From Oikopleura dioica (lineage: Eukaryota; Animalia; Chordata): a DNA stretch of 64,000 nt. The translations under genes were made by a program, and so were the position numbers. The stretch's first letter is position 1. The number at the start of each line of letters is the position of its first letter. Shown piece after piece: positions 11,603-22,297 of the stretch. The notes beneath the pieces are model-generated. The model made no database searches. It was not told where the DNA came from and saw nothing but the letters and a program-made list of their open reading frames with translations. Location: NCBI GenBank assembly GCA_907165135.1, contig OU015568.1, positions 15,883,208 to 15,947,207 on the forward strand. The letters run 5' to 3'.

Positions 11603-12004
11603 AAAATAGGTGGTGGTCTAAACTTTGAAGTTGTTATGTGCGATAAGAATTTCGTGTGGCCTAAACTTTGATCGTTCTCATGTGTGATTCCTTGAGAAAG
11701 TGGCCTAAACTTTGATTCTTCCTATGTGTGAAAGTGGTCTAAACTTTGAATTTCCCCCTAGGCACTCTGACTAGTACCATGTGTGTCATCACCTTGAATG
11801 AAAAACGTTATCTTTATTGGTCTGCATAAAGCGTAGTGGCCTTAGCGGGCAGTGCTCTAGTCACCGATGGCAGAACCGCCTCCGGGGAAATTCAAAGTTT
11901 AGGCCATTTTCTCAAAGAGTCACACATGGAAACGATCAAAGTTTAGGCCACCCGAAGTTCTAATCACACATATGACCTTCAAAGTTTAGACCACCCCCTA
12001 TTTT
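11603..12004. mobile_element. Foldback/MITE element with multiple subterminal repeats
   Basis: TIR AAAATAGGTGGTGGTCTAAACTTTGAAG / CTTCAAAGTTTAGACCACCCCCTATTTT. Four GTGG(C/T)CTAAACTTTGA units on the left and three inverted units on the right. Possible TA TSD. Confidence 0.85.
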
Positions 12005-12205
12005 AAACGGGATGTGCCCCACGTGCGAATGGGTTTCGAGTCGAAATCAGCGGGAGACTGGACGATTTTTGGCGGCGCGGGTGATTATCGGAAAGATCGG
12101 AACTAGCGCTTCGTTGAAAAGAATCGATATTGATAAGAAGGGGACCACTTCCATTGGGTTGAATAACCTGATCAGCAATTTTTTTGCTGATAAAAAGCAA
12201 ATGCT

Positions 12206-12276
12206 TGCAACGTCCGGGAATCGAACCCGGGCCTCCCGCGTGGCAGGCGAGAATTCTACCACTGAACCAACGTTGC
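12206..12276 (-). tRNA. trnG-GCC: tRNA-Gly (GCC)
   Basis: GCAACGTTGGTTCAGTGGTAGAATTCTCGCCTGCCACGCGGGAGGCCCGGGTTCGATTCCCGGACGTTGCA. Paired acceptor stem, A and B boxes, GCC anticodon. Confidence 0.97.
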
Positions 12277-12559
12277 TTGGAAGTTTCTCAAAATGAACAA
12301 TATATCAACTGTATATTTAGATATAAAGATTGCTAAAGGTGGGAGCCGACCATATGGAAACACTCATCTCTCTGATAAATTTTCCCACAAGGGTCATTTT
12401 TTCGTTATTCAAGCAAGAAAAATGAGAGTTGATATGATCTTACCAGTCGCTGAGCGCATCAGGAAATCGGTTCTATCGATAGAGTACGAACTAGTTTAAA
12501 CTTTGAAATAATGATATTTTAAATATCGGGAACTCGAATTTCTAAAAAAAGAAACCGAA

Positions 12560-14538
12560 AAAAGCGGTGGAAGCTCTACCTCAATAATGAGCGTTCCGCA
12601 CGTCGCGAGTGTATTCTACAAGGGTAAAAAAAAGCCAACCGCAATCCGTTGTAGTAACATTAAATTAACATTTTAGGCGCTTACAAATGCGGAGCAAGTG
12701 TACTCACGACCACGAGTGCCCTGACCGCCGCTCACTGGTAAGCCATCGTTAATAGTTCAGCCAGAATCCTAAATTTCCAATTCCAATTCAAGCGATTACA
12801 GAAAAACTGGAGATTCCGCGGGAACTCTCAAAGTTCGCGCTGGTATGCAATCTACGACTTCTGTAAGTAACTACCGTTTCAGGTTCTTCGACGGGTTAGG
12901 GTTAGGTACTCGCTAACCTGAGTAGAAAACCTGAGTCAGGGTCTGAAGCTGCTTCGACATACGGTAGTTCAATATCTTTAAATTCTGGCGAATTAAGTCG
13001 TTTCTTGTGCAAACAGGTTTACAAAGTATTTCTCTGTTGTCAGCCCTAGAAAACTCTTTTGGACATTTTATGTATTTGTTTTTAGTCAAAATATTTATGA
13101 ACACTAAATTAGACGAAATAAGGAAAAACATTGTTTTGAGAAAAGTTCTCTGAATGACCGTTCAAATGAGTTTAATTATTTTTATTTTAAGATGGTGAAC
13201 GTACAGGAAAGAGCAACAACAACGGTAAGCGATTAATATTTTGCAAAAAATGTAATTAGGTTTGACCAATGAACATTAATTGGATCAAAATAATTTAGAT
13301 CAGAAAACACCCCTCTTACTCCGCAGCTTCGATGAAGAATGATATCATGATCCTCAAATGGCAAAGTTGAGATATAATTAGACAATTTTACTAAGAGACC
13401 CTTAAGGGTTACTAAAGTAAGAGCAATAAAAGTAACTCAATAATAAGAGCAACGCGATAACATTTAATAATTACGTGCGGCCTGTTAACCTTCCATCGGC
13501 AGGGATCAGCTATAAACAAAGTTTGGGGTGACCTACGTAAACAGCTGATCCTTAATAAGTCTTCCACAAGTACAGCTTCGTCCTTTACCACATGTGCTTA
13601 TGGATACGACAGCAACAGTCGAGACACAAAGGAGCTAAATTGCTTCACAGGATCGACGAAAACACATTCGACGTGCAATTCTAGCACCGGCTGGAACGGA
13701 CTCGTTTACTCACCGCAGCAATTCTGCATTGAAGGAAATCCCAGTTCGAGTGGAGCTTGTTTCCACGACGGAGGAGCGCCAGGTTTGTAGTTATTGTCAA
13801 TAACTTATTGAGCGCTGGATCCGTTGTAATTAACGACAGTACTTGGCGATTGATATGAAAACACTTATTTGACGCTGGAGCAAGCGAATTTGAATTAATT
13901 TGATATAATTAATTCTCTCTTGGATCGCGTTTTCGACAAGTTGAACATATAAAAGAAACGTTTTCCAAAATATAAATGTCTCTTTTGATAAAAAAAAAGC
14001 TTTCGCTAGGTGTAAATGGTAATTTGGGCGAAGCCGCATCGCGGCTTCGATTCGAAAAAAGCCGCTACGTGACTTTTATGAAAGTTCTTATAGAAACTTT
14101 TTCCAGCTCGCAAAATTCAACTCATCTATTTTAGCGGTTCATAACAACATCATTTACGGAATCTACAGCTTCCCTGATCTTCAATACAAGTAAGTCATAG
14201 GCAGGTTTTACATGAACAGGCAATTTCGCACCCCTAATTGCTTATTTTTGCGGCAACAACTCCGCAAGGATTCCTAAGTTCTGCGGTACGTGTTAATAAA
14301 CGTGCTCATCGTCTTTTAGCGGATCGACTTATCCGCGCTCCGCCAAATGCAATGCAACTGGCAAGCCTGGCGTTTTCACTCAAGAATATGGTTCAAAGAG
14401 CGAGAACTTATTTTGCAAGTAAATAGACCAAGGGGAAAGTTTAAACTTTGTCTTGATACTATCCTAAGGTCAGCGGAACTCTCTTTGAACCAAAATAAAG
14501 TAAACCAGTATTTGAGCTGGATTAACTCAAACAAGTGA
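12560..14538 (+). CDS. Trypsin-like serine protease homologue, predicted inactive; start uncertain
   Basis: Exons give LTAAH, IRKHPSYSAASMKNDIMILKW, ACFHDGGAP (in place of GDSGGP), KPGVF and QYLSWINSNK*. Confidence 0.75.
12909..12946. mobile_element. MITE family 1 left-end fragment; an inverted internal fragment lies at about 14000-14075
   Basis: AACCTGAGTAGAAAACCTGAGTCAGGGTCTGAA matches the family TIR. GAAGCCGCATCGCGGCTTCG near 14030 matches the internal palindrome. Confidence 0.6.
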
Positions 14539-14667
14539 AAAGGAAAATATACAATCTCAGTTTTCTTGCAATAAAAAAATTATTCACAAAGCTTGTTTTA
14601 ATGTCTTTATTTCCAATAAATTATTGGTAGTCATGAATATACAGATACAATGATAAATTTCAGATTT

Positions 14668-15476
14668 CTAAATCTTAGGAACACAGTTCGAAAATCCTTC
14701 TGTCGTATTCGTCACAACATCGTCGCAACAAAACTGATTCGGACTTGCATTGTTGAAGACAACGGCAGCATTGGTGATTCCGCCGCAGCACATTCGATCA
14801 GCGTCGGCGTCCTTGCCGCCTCGAATGCACATGTCGAGTATTTCTTGCGCATCAGCGTTGTAAAGCATATCGTGATGTTCGGGAACGTACAATTTCTAAG
14901 AAAGAGTTATTTTTGGCGTCATTTTTTCTCAGAAACTTACCGCTACTTTCGCGTGCTCCTTGCTGAAATGAAGGTCGCATTCGCACAAGGCTCGCTCGCA
15001 TGTATCTGGCGTGTCTCTGCAAATCTTGTGTTCCTCGCCTCCGATAGTTCTGGTTCCTGGGTTCAGGTACTGGACGAATTCTCCGATGCACCAGTCGCCG
15101 TATTTTGCTCGGGCGCACTGTTGGCAGAGTTTGTATTCTCGGCATTTTTTGTCCACTCGATCGACTCCTGGCCCGGTTCCCATGTCCGAAAGCGGTCTAT
15201 CCCCGTGAATCATGCAGTTGCAGCCGTTGTTTGTGGCAATGAAGGTTCTTTGGATTCTTACCTTCTCTCTGGCAAATTTCGCGTGTTCAAAAAATCATAC
15301 AGGTCGTATTCTGGCTCTTCTCCTTCGTTCTGCTCGAAAGCTGGATCGTCGGAAAAGTCAGGATTCGGGTCCGGGTTCACATAAGCCTTCAGCGCTTGAT
15401 GAAAGCCAGTGACTTTGAACACATCGGCAGCGCTAACGCTTTCTCCAAAAAGAACAAAAGCTGAAAAGGTTCTCAT
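14668..15476 (-). CDS. Secreted PLA2-fold protein lacking the catalytic HD dyad, copy 1; possibly disrupted
   Basis: Signal peptide, then GCNCMIHG...GPGVDRVDKKCREYKLCQQCA...CERALCECD and a Cys-rich tail (MCCGG...QFCCD). The segment YSQLMELMT...YWNY present in copy 2 is missing here. Confidence 0.7.
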
Positions 15477-15982
15477 TATTAATCCTATTTCGGCGAGCTG
15501 TAAATGTAAATTGTGATGGTTGAGCGGTTTTTCGTTCATTTTATGTAAAAAAACTTGCGACGGGTGGCGCTAAAATTTAGAGAGAGCGCTAGATCTTGAA
15601 CAGAATTCTAGCTATTTGTCTGTTTTGATGACAAATCTCCAAACCGGCGTTCTTTTACGCTATTTTTTCCCGATGATAATAGAAAAATCTAAAGAAAACC
15701 TTCGCCAGGATCATCTTACATTACAATAATTACGGTTTAATGGAATTATTATGGCTATTTATTCGATTAGGTGCTCTGTTTATCAAAAAATAGAACGGGC
15801 TATGTTTGTAACAATAAACGCTATAATTGGGTTGTATTACAACGATGCGATTCTTGATATTTACCCCCTTTAGAAAACACTCAATAAAAGAAAAAGAGAA
15901 ATTTATTGAATCACTTGTAAAAAGTCAGGAATAAATCAAAGAGCTAAATCAATAAGGAATAGATGACAACGAACGAAGTTTA

Positions 15983-16504
15983 TCACCACCAATCGAACAG
16001 GAAGCCAGCAACAGCAACGGCAGCCGCCCCGACAGCTGCTACAGGAGCACTCACAGTTCCAACGACCATCGTGCCGACCATTACTGCTACCTCTCGCTTC
16101 GTTCGTCCAAGTTCAGACTCGTTGAAAATCTCATCAATCATCTCCTGAAGTTCGTTACCGGCAGCCTCGATGTGTGCTCGAAGAATAGAATCGTCGTCAA
16201 GGTCAGAGTTAAGCAGCGCTTCCTTCAAATTTTTTCCAATTTCTTTAGCCCGGGCGAAGAGAGCAGCTGATCCGTCGAGTTGTGGCAATGGATCAGAAAG
16301 CTGGAATGGAGGGACAGAGTCAGCAGCATTAGGTTGTCGGAGAATCATGTAGAGAAAAGCGGTCGCATCGTTTGATGTGGTCGCATTTGATGAGATCTCC
16401 CGAAGGCGGGCGAGTCTCCACTCGCGCTCGTTCGTCCTTGCATTTTCTTCGGGGATCGCAGAGCTGTATGCGGAGACTAACAGAGGAAAAAGGAGCAATT
16501 TCAT
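15983..16504 (-). CDS. Secreted peptide precursor A1 (signal peptide, pro-region, RTKR, 36-aa hydrophobic peptide)
   Basis: Intronless 173-aa ORF with three paralogues in the window. Confidence 0.85.
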   Translation of the reverse strand: MKLLLFPLLVSAYSSAIPEENARTNEREWRLARLREISSNATTSNDATAFLYMILRQPNAADSVPPFQLSDPLPQLDGSAALFARAKEIGKNLKEALLNSDLDDDSILRAHIEAAGNELQEMIDEIFNESELGRTKREVAVMVGTMVVGTVSAPVAAVGAAAVAVAGFLFDWW

Positions 16505-16719
16505 TTTGATTTTTTCGAAAATTAACTGAGAAAGAAAATGGATGACTTGCTTTTATGAAACCAGTTGACCTTGAAAAACCGGGATCGAATTTTCGAAAAT
16601 ATTGGACTTTATCCCAGATCATGAATAAATAAATAATGTGAAGAGCGAGATGATAGCAAACTCGAAAAAAATCGCCTAGTCATGTTTCTGGAATGACGGT
16701 TTCGTAGTTTCTAACTTAA

Positions 16720-16928
16720 TCCTTACCGGCCGAATGCACAATGCATGGTGTATTTTTTGATTTTTTAAAATTTCCTCCATATCTTTTTTTACAGAGTTAC
16801 TCCTATATTAAATCACCCGTTGTTAAAAAAGACTCTCCAGTGCTAACAACATCCTCTGAAACATAGGGTTACACTTTTCAACAAAACCTCAAAAAACGTG
16901 ATTGAAAATTGGCCTTCGCCGGTAAGGG
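16720..16928. mobile_element. piggyBac-like MITE with TTAA TSD
   Basis: TTAA|TCCTTACCGGC...GCCGGTAAGGG|TTAA. The paralogous site at 20746-20749 has a single TTAA (empty site). Confidence 0.85.
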
Positions 16929-17085
16929 TTAAGGGATACCCTCTTTATTTGAAATTTATTATCGAGAGGTTTTCTGTGATATATTTTTGAAATCTCTGTG
17001 ACCTGACAATCACTTTCATGTTTTATGTAAAAAAGAGTACATCACGTGATAAGCCGTGACATAGCTGTTATTATGGCTTATTTAA

Positions 17086-17771
17086 GGGATCCCCCCCGAT
17101 TTCGTCAACTTTGACTTCGAACTACTTTTTTTAGGGGTGAGCTTTTTACAAGTATAAGGGCTCATTTTGAAGCCCGTTTCTTAATGAACAAACTCTAGTA
17201 CAGAAATTAATTTTCATAAGGGCAAACACATTGAAAAGACGGGCTGAAAACATTGATACTCCCGAAAACCCCCATTTTGGGCCATTTTCAAAATCGAACT
17301 AGTTTTTTCTGCTCTTAGATAGAGCCTTAAATCAATAACAACTGTCTTTCTTGATCCCTAATCTACAATCTCTAGTAGAGGCATGTGATTCCGTCAAGGA
17401 TTGTAGAATTTTTCTTAACAAGATGTTTTTAACTGATTTTTGCCATTTTTTTGATTTTCTTTGCTCTCTAGCGCCTTTTAGTGGTTAGATATTTTATTAA
17501 ATCTATTTTTTTCTAGTTCAGTTTTCTCTAAGCTTTCTAAAGAGCCCTTATTCATCTGATTATGTCGACTTTGAAAAGTCGAAAAAATTGCGAATTTTTT
17601 CTAAGTAAAATTTTTCGTTAAAATAAGCCATTTTCAAAGCTGTTTCACGGCTGACCACGTGACGGACTCCCTTTGACATAATATATGAAAATGATCGCCA
17701 GACAACGGAGATTCCAAAAATATATTACATAAAAGCTCTCGATGATATTTATCAAATCGGGAGGGGATCCC
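17086..17771. mobile_element. Kolobok-like non-autonomous element with TTAA TSD
   Basis: TTAA|GGGATCCCCCCCGATTT...AAATCGGGAGGGGATCCC|TTAA. Related ends occur at 16933 and 20750. Confidence 0.8.
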
Positions 17772-18492
17772 TTAAATAAAAAAATTTACTTTGAAAAAAT
17801 TCGTAAACTAAGAAGGAATTGAACTAGAAAGAAATAGATTTAATGAAGAATCTTACCACTGAGAGGCGCAAGAGAGCAGAGAAAGTCATAAAATCAGCTA
17901 AAATAAGTTGGAAAAATTATCGGGAAGAAAAATTCTATAATTCTTTATGGAGTCACATGGCTGTTTCAAAGAGACCATGTTTTCTCGTTAGAGATTTTAA
18001 GCGCAAGTGATTCTCAATTTTATTTTTGGATCTTCGTTAAATCTGCTTAATTGTAAATTTAAAATTGAGGATCGCTCAATTTTTACTTTTGGTGCTCATG
18101 AGATGAGCTTTATCCCAGATCGCTTTCCACTTACTTAGATTCTCAGGGAGTCACTCTCCTAAGAAATTGGGTCAAGCAAATAGAGAATGAGTCTCAAATT
18201 CGCTTTTGTAACACGCAAGTGATCCTTGTTTATTTCAAAAAATAGACACAAACAAAGAGTATTTAGACGAGTACTTTTCCATGGATGAAAACGTTTGAGT
18301 ACGCCCTGTACAGACTCCTAAAAACAGACTCATATTGGGCGTGGTTTTTGTGTCCTTGACCTAGTTTTTTTATTGAACATGGCTCAAAGATGAAATTTTT
18401 CTTTTTCTTTTTTGCTTTCAAGGTCGAGAAGCCTAATAAAAGCAAAAGTTTTTCCCGTAAAACTCACTCATTTTTGAGAAAACAGGAACAAA

Positions 18493-18989
18493 ATGAAATT
18501 GCTTCTTTTTACTTTTCTTTTCTCTTCTTACGGTTCGATAATCGCGACACACGATGCAAGGATGGCCGACCGAGACTGGAGACTAACCCGTCTTCGGGAG
18601 ATCTCAACGAATGCAACAACATCAACTGACGTGGGTGCGATTTTCTACATGATGCTTCGACATTCAAGCATCGGTGCTTCTGAAATTCCATTCAAGCTCA
18701 ATGAGCAGCTGAGGGGATTTGATGGGTCAGCAAATCTCGTCATGCGGGTAAAAGAAATCGGACAAGAGTTGAAAACAACACTGCTGGAATCAGACCTCGA
18801 GGACGAGTCTCTCGTTAAAAACCAAATTCGGTTGACATGTTTGATGAAGACGGACTCGCTAGAACTACAAGAGAAACTGTCGATCCAATTCTTATCGCCG
18901 GTCCAGCTGTTCCAATTATTGCAACAGTCAATCCTCCAGCTGCAGTCGCTGTTGCCGTTGTTGCTGCTATTCTTTCCATATTTTCTTAG
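18493..18989 (+). pseudogene. Peptide precursor B1, frameshifted by a deletion of about 31 nt before the RTTR site
   Basis: Colinear with 21770-22297 until KNQI. After the deletion the alternative frame reads DMFDEDGLARTTR|ETVDPILIAGPAVPIIATVNPPAAVAVAVVAAILSIFS*. Confidence 0.75.
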
Positions 18990-20019
18990 AAGATATCAAA
19001 TTTGCAGAGATCACATCTTTTCACTGATTAAAATTATTTTAAAATTTGCCCTTCTGATTTTATTTTGATTTTTCCAATAAATAGACACTTTTTTATATTA
19101 TCTATTCAAGAAATATTGCAAAGAATCTATCGAATTCAATCTTAGCTAAATCCACATGTTTCTATGCATTTGCTTTTGCTGATTTAAGCAGATAGAAGAC
19201 GCACTCTGAAAGCGCCGAAGCCTAAATGCAATCTGAAGGCCCCTTAACCTGTGAGGAATCAAAACGCCTATCAGTGAATTACCGTGGTTTTCCATCTTAA
19301 GAGCGCCAACTTAAGAGCGTTTTTGGCAATTTTACCATATTTTGTCATCTGCAAAAATCCCAGCTTTAGAGCGTTTTAAGGAATTTTTAATGAATAATCA
19401 GAATAACTTTTATTTCAACCTGAAAAATCATTTCAAAAATTGTTGTTTACGCTTCTTTTTAGGTGAAATCATAGCCTCTGATTCAAAGATCGTAAATTTT
19501 TTATCATATATAGGTAAAAATGACGTCAGATGCATTTTTAGAGTTTTGAAAAAAGCTTGTTTAATGCATTTTTATTCATCATTTTTTTCTCACTCTCATC
19601 CTAGTTTGACCGTAAATTTTTCAACTCAAGAGCGTTTTGATCTACCCATGTCATCTGAAAAATGCTCTTTTTCTGATGCTCTGGTCAAAGAAACGGAGTT
19701 CTGATGCTGATGGTTTTCTATCTTTTCTTGTAGAATTAACGCTTCTGTTTTGCTGCATAAGTTATTCATAGCACTCCGCAAAGCTGCAATAAAATTTGCA
19801 GATCGATAGTGTCAACACCAAAGGCAGCTTTGGACAATGCTCTCTGCAACTTCCGTTCAAATATTGTTCAATTTTTTTAGGAAAGGAGCTTGCTGTTATG
19901 CAGCTATAAAATAAAACTGCTTTTTATTAAAAAGAACAATTTATTAAATCATTTGAAAAAATTCAGGAATAAATCAAAGGCTTAAATTAACAGAAATAGG
20001 CGACAAAGAAAAAAGTGTT

Positions 20020-20535
20020 TCACCACCAATCAAAGACGAAGCCAGCCATGATAAAAGCCCCAGCAGCTACCACAGGAGCACTAACTGTAGCAACAACTGT
20101 GCCCATAATAGTCACAACGAAATCTCGCTCGCTTCTTACGAGTCCAGAGTCAGCGAACATTTCATCAATAATCTCTTGGAGCTCATTTCCAGCAGCATCA
20201 ATCTGTTCTTTGACGTTCAAATCGTCCTCAAAGTCAGAGTTAAGCAGTGCTTCTTTCAAATTTTTTCCGATTTCTTTTGCCCTCGTAATAAAAGCAGCCG
20301 ATCCGTCGAATTCCGCCACTGTATCAGAAAGCTTGAACGGAGGTTCAGAGTTAGCAGCATTAGGTTGTCGGAGAATCATGTAGAGAAAAGCGGTCACATC
20401 GTTTGATGTGGTCGCATTTGATGAGATCTCCCGAAGGCGGGCGAGTCTCCACTCTCGCTCGTTCGTCCTTGCATTTTCTTCGGGGATCGCAGAGCTGTAT
20501 GCGCAGACTAAAAGAGGAAAAAGGAGCAATTTCAT
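20020..20535 (-). CDS. Secreted peptide precursor A2 (RSER, 34-aa hydrophobic peptide)
   Basis: Intronless 171-aa ORF, close paralogue of A1, ending DFVVTIMGTVVATVSAPVVAAGAFIMAGFVFDWW. Confidence 0.85.
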   Translation of the reverse strand: MKLLLFPLLVCAYSSAIPEENARTNEREWRLARLREISSNATTSNDVTAFLYMILRQPNAANSEPPFKLSDTVAEFDGSAAFITRAKEIGKNLKEALLNSDFEDDLNVKEQIDAAGNELQEIIDEMFADSGLVRSERDFVVTIMGTVVATVSAPVVAAGAFIMAGFVFDWW

Positions 20536-20749
20536 TTTGTTTTTTTCGAAAATTAACTGAGAAAAAAAAATGAATGACTTGCTTTTATGAAGCCGGTTGA
20601 CCTTGAAAAACCGGGATCGAATTTTCGAAAATATTGGACCTATCCCAGATCATGAATAAATAAACAATGCGAAGAGCAAGATGATTGCAAACTCAAAGAA
20701 ATCGCCTAGTCATGGTTCTGGAATGACGGTTTTGTAGTTTCTTGCTTAA

Positions 20750-21230
20750 GGGATCCCCTCTCAATTTGAAATTTTTCTTCGAGAGCTTTTTTGTGATATA
20801 TTTTTATGGAGATACATATCAAGAATCGGATTTTCCGTCAGTGTTTTCTCAAATTTTTAACAATGTGACCCCCCTTATTTTTTCTGCTCAAAATTATTTT
20901 CAGGCCATTATCTATTTCCTATCGAAGCCAAAAATTAAGATTTCTTGAGCTTACGAGGTGCTACTATTTTAACTTTTTGTTACTTTCTGCCAAAAATGAC
21001 TTAAAAAATGAAATTTTTGCGAAAATCGCATATTTTCAATGAACAAGAAATTTTTTTCTAAGAAAGTAACCCTTAATTTTCTGGTTTTTAAATTTTTCGA
21101 AAAAAAATTTATTCTTCTACTTGCCGATGAATTCTTTAAACACTTTTCTTGAAGAATTGAATTTTTCCAATAAAATCAGGTTTTCGCGCTTTTTTGTTTT
21201 TGCGTAATGCGAATATTGACGACCCCCCTC
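20750..21230. mobile_element. Degenerate Kolobok-like TTAA element
   Basis: Starts TTAA|GGGATCCCCTC, ends GACCCCCCTC|TTAA. Occupies the same position as the nested elements in the first duplicated unit. Confidence 0.6.
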
Positions 21231-21769
21231 TTAATGAAGAATCTAACCACTTGGAGACGCAAGAGAGCAGAGAAAGTAATTAAATCAGCTTAAATAAGTT
21301 TGGAAAATTATTAGGAAGAAATATTCTATAATTCTTGACGGACATTAAATCTGCTAAATTGTCAATTTAAAATTGAGGATCGCTCAATTTTTACTTTAAC
21401 TGCTGATAAGGTGAGCTTTTTCCCAGATCGCTTACCACTTTTTTAGATTCTGAGAGAGTCACTCTCCTTAACTTAAGGAGTCCTAAGAAATTGGGTCAAG
21501 CAAATAGAGAATGAGTCTCAACTTAGCTTTTGTAACACGCAAGTGATCCTTGTTTATTTCAAAAAATAGACATAAACAATGATTATTTAGACGAGTACTT
21601 TTCCATGGATGAAAACGTTTAAGTACGCCCTGTACAGACTCATATCGGGCGTTGTTTTTGTGTCCTTGACCTAGTTTTTGTATTGAACAAGGCTCAAAGA
21701 TCGAGAAGCCCAATATAAGCAAAAGTTTTTCCCGTAAAACTCACTCAATTTTGAGAAAACAGGAACAAA

Positions 21770-22297
21770 ATGAAATTGCTTCTTTTTACTTTTCTTTTCT
21801 CTTCTTACGGTTCGACCATCGCGACACACGATGCAAGGATGGCCGACCAAGACTGGAGACTAACCCGTCTTCGGGAGATCTCAACGAATGCAACAACATC
21901 AACTGACGTGGGTGCGATTTTCTACATGATGCTTCGACATTCAAGCATCGGTGCTACTGAAATTCCATTCAAGCTCAATGAGCAGCTGAGGGAATTTGAT
22001 GGGTCAGCAAATCTCGTCATGCGGGTGAAAGAAATCGGACAAGAGTTGAAAACAACACTGCTGGAATCAGACCTCGAGGACGAGTCCTTCGTTAAAAACC
22101 AAATTGATCTTGCCCTGGACGAGCTTCAGCAGATGATCGATGGCATATTTGATGATGGCGGACTCGCTAGAATTACAAGAACTGTCGATTATGATATTAC
22201 TATCGTCGGTCCAGCTATTCCAATTCTTGCAACAGTCAGTGCTCCAGTTGCAGCCGCTGTCGCCGTAGCCGTTGGTATCTTTGCCATATTTTCTTAG
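21770..22297 (+). CDS. Secreted peptide precursor B2 (RITR, 38-aa hydrophobic peptide)
   Basis: Intronless 175-aa ORF. Shares MKLLLF and WRLxRLREISxNATTSxD with A1/A2. Confidence 0.85.
   Translation: MKLLLFTFLFSSYGSTIATHDARMADQDWRLTRLREISTNATTSTDVGAIFYMMLRHSSIGATEIPFKLNEQLREFDGSANLVMRVKEIGQELKTTLLESDLEDESFVKNQIDLALDELQQMIDGIFDDGGLARITRTVDYDITIVGPAIPILATVSAPVAAAVAVAVGIFAIFS

Noticed and set aside
11820-11885. tRNA/SINE-like segment (TGGCCTTAGCGG) in the middle of the foldback element
   Set aside because: Only an A-box-like string is present, with no B box and no cloverleaf.
11610-11995. Repeat-spacer pattern of GTGGCCTAAACTTTGA
   Set aside because: The arrays are inverted about the centre and the spacers resemble each other, so this is a foldback transposon and not CRISPR.
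15983-22297. Viral envelope/fusion-protein origin of the RxxR-plus-hydrophobic-peptide genes
   Set aside because: The proteins end at the hydrophobic segment, with no heptad repeats, TM or tail after it and no LTR/gag/pol nearby. The resemblance to fusion peptides is compositional only.
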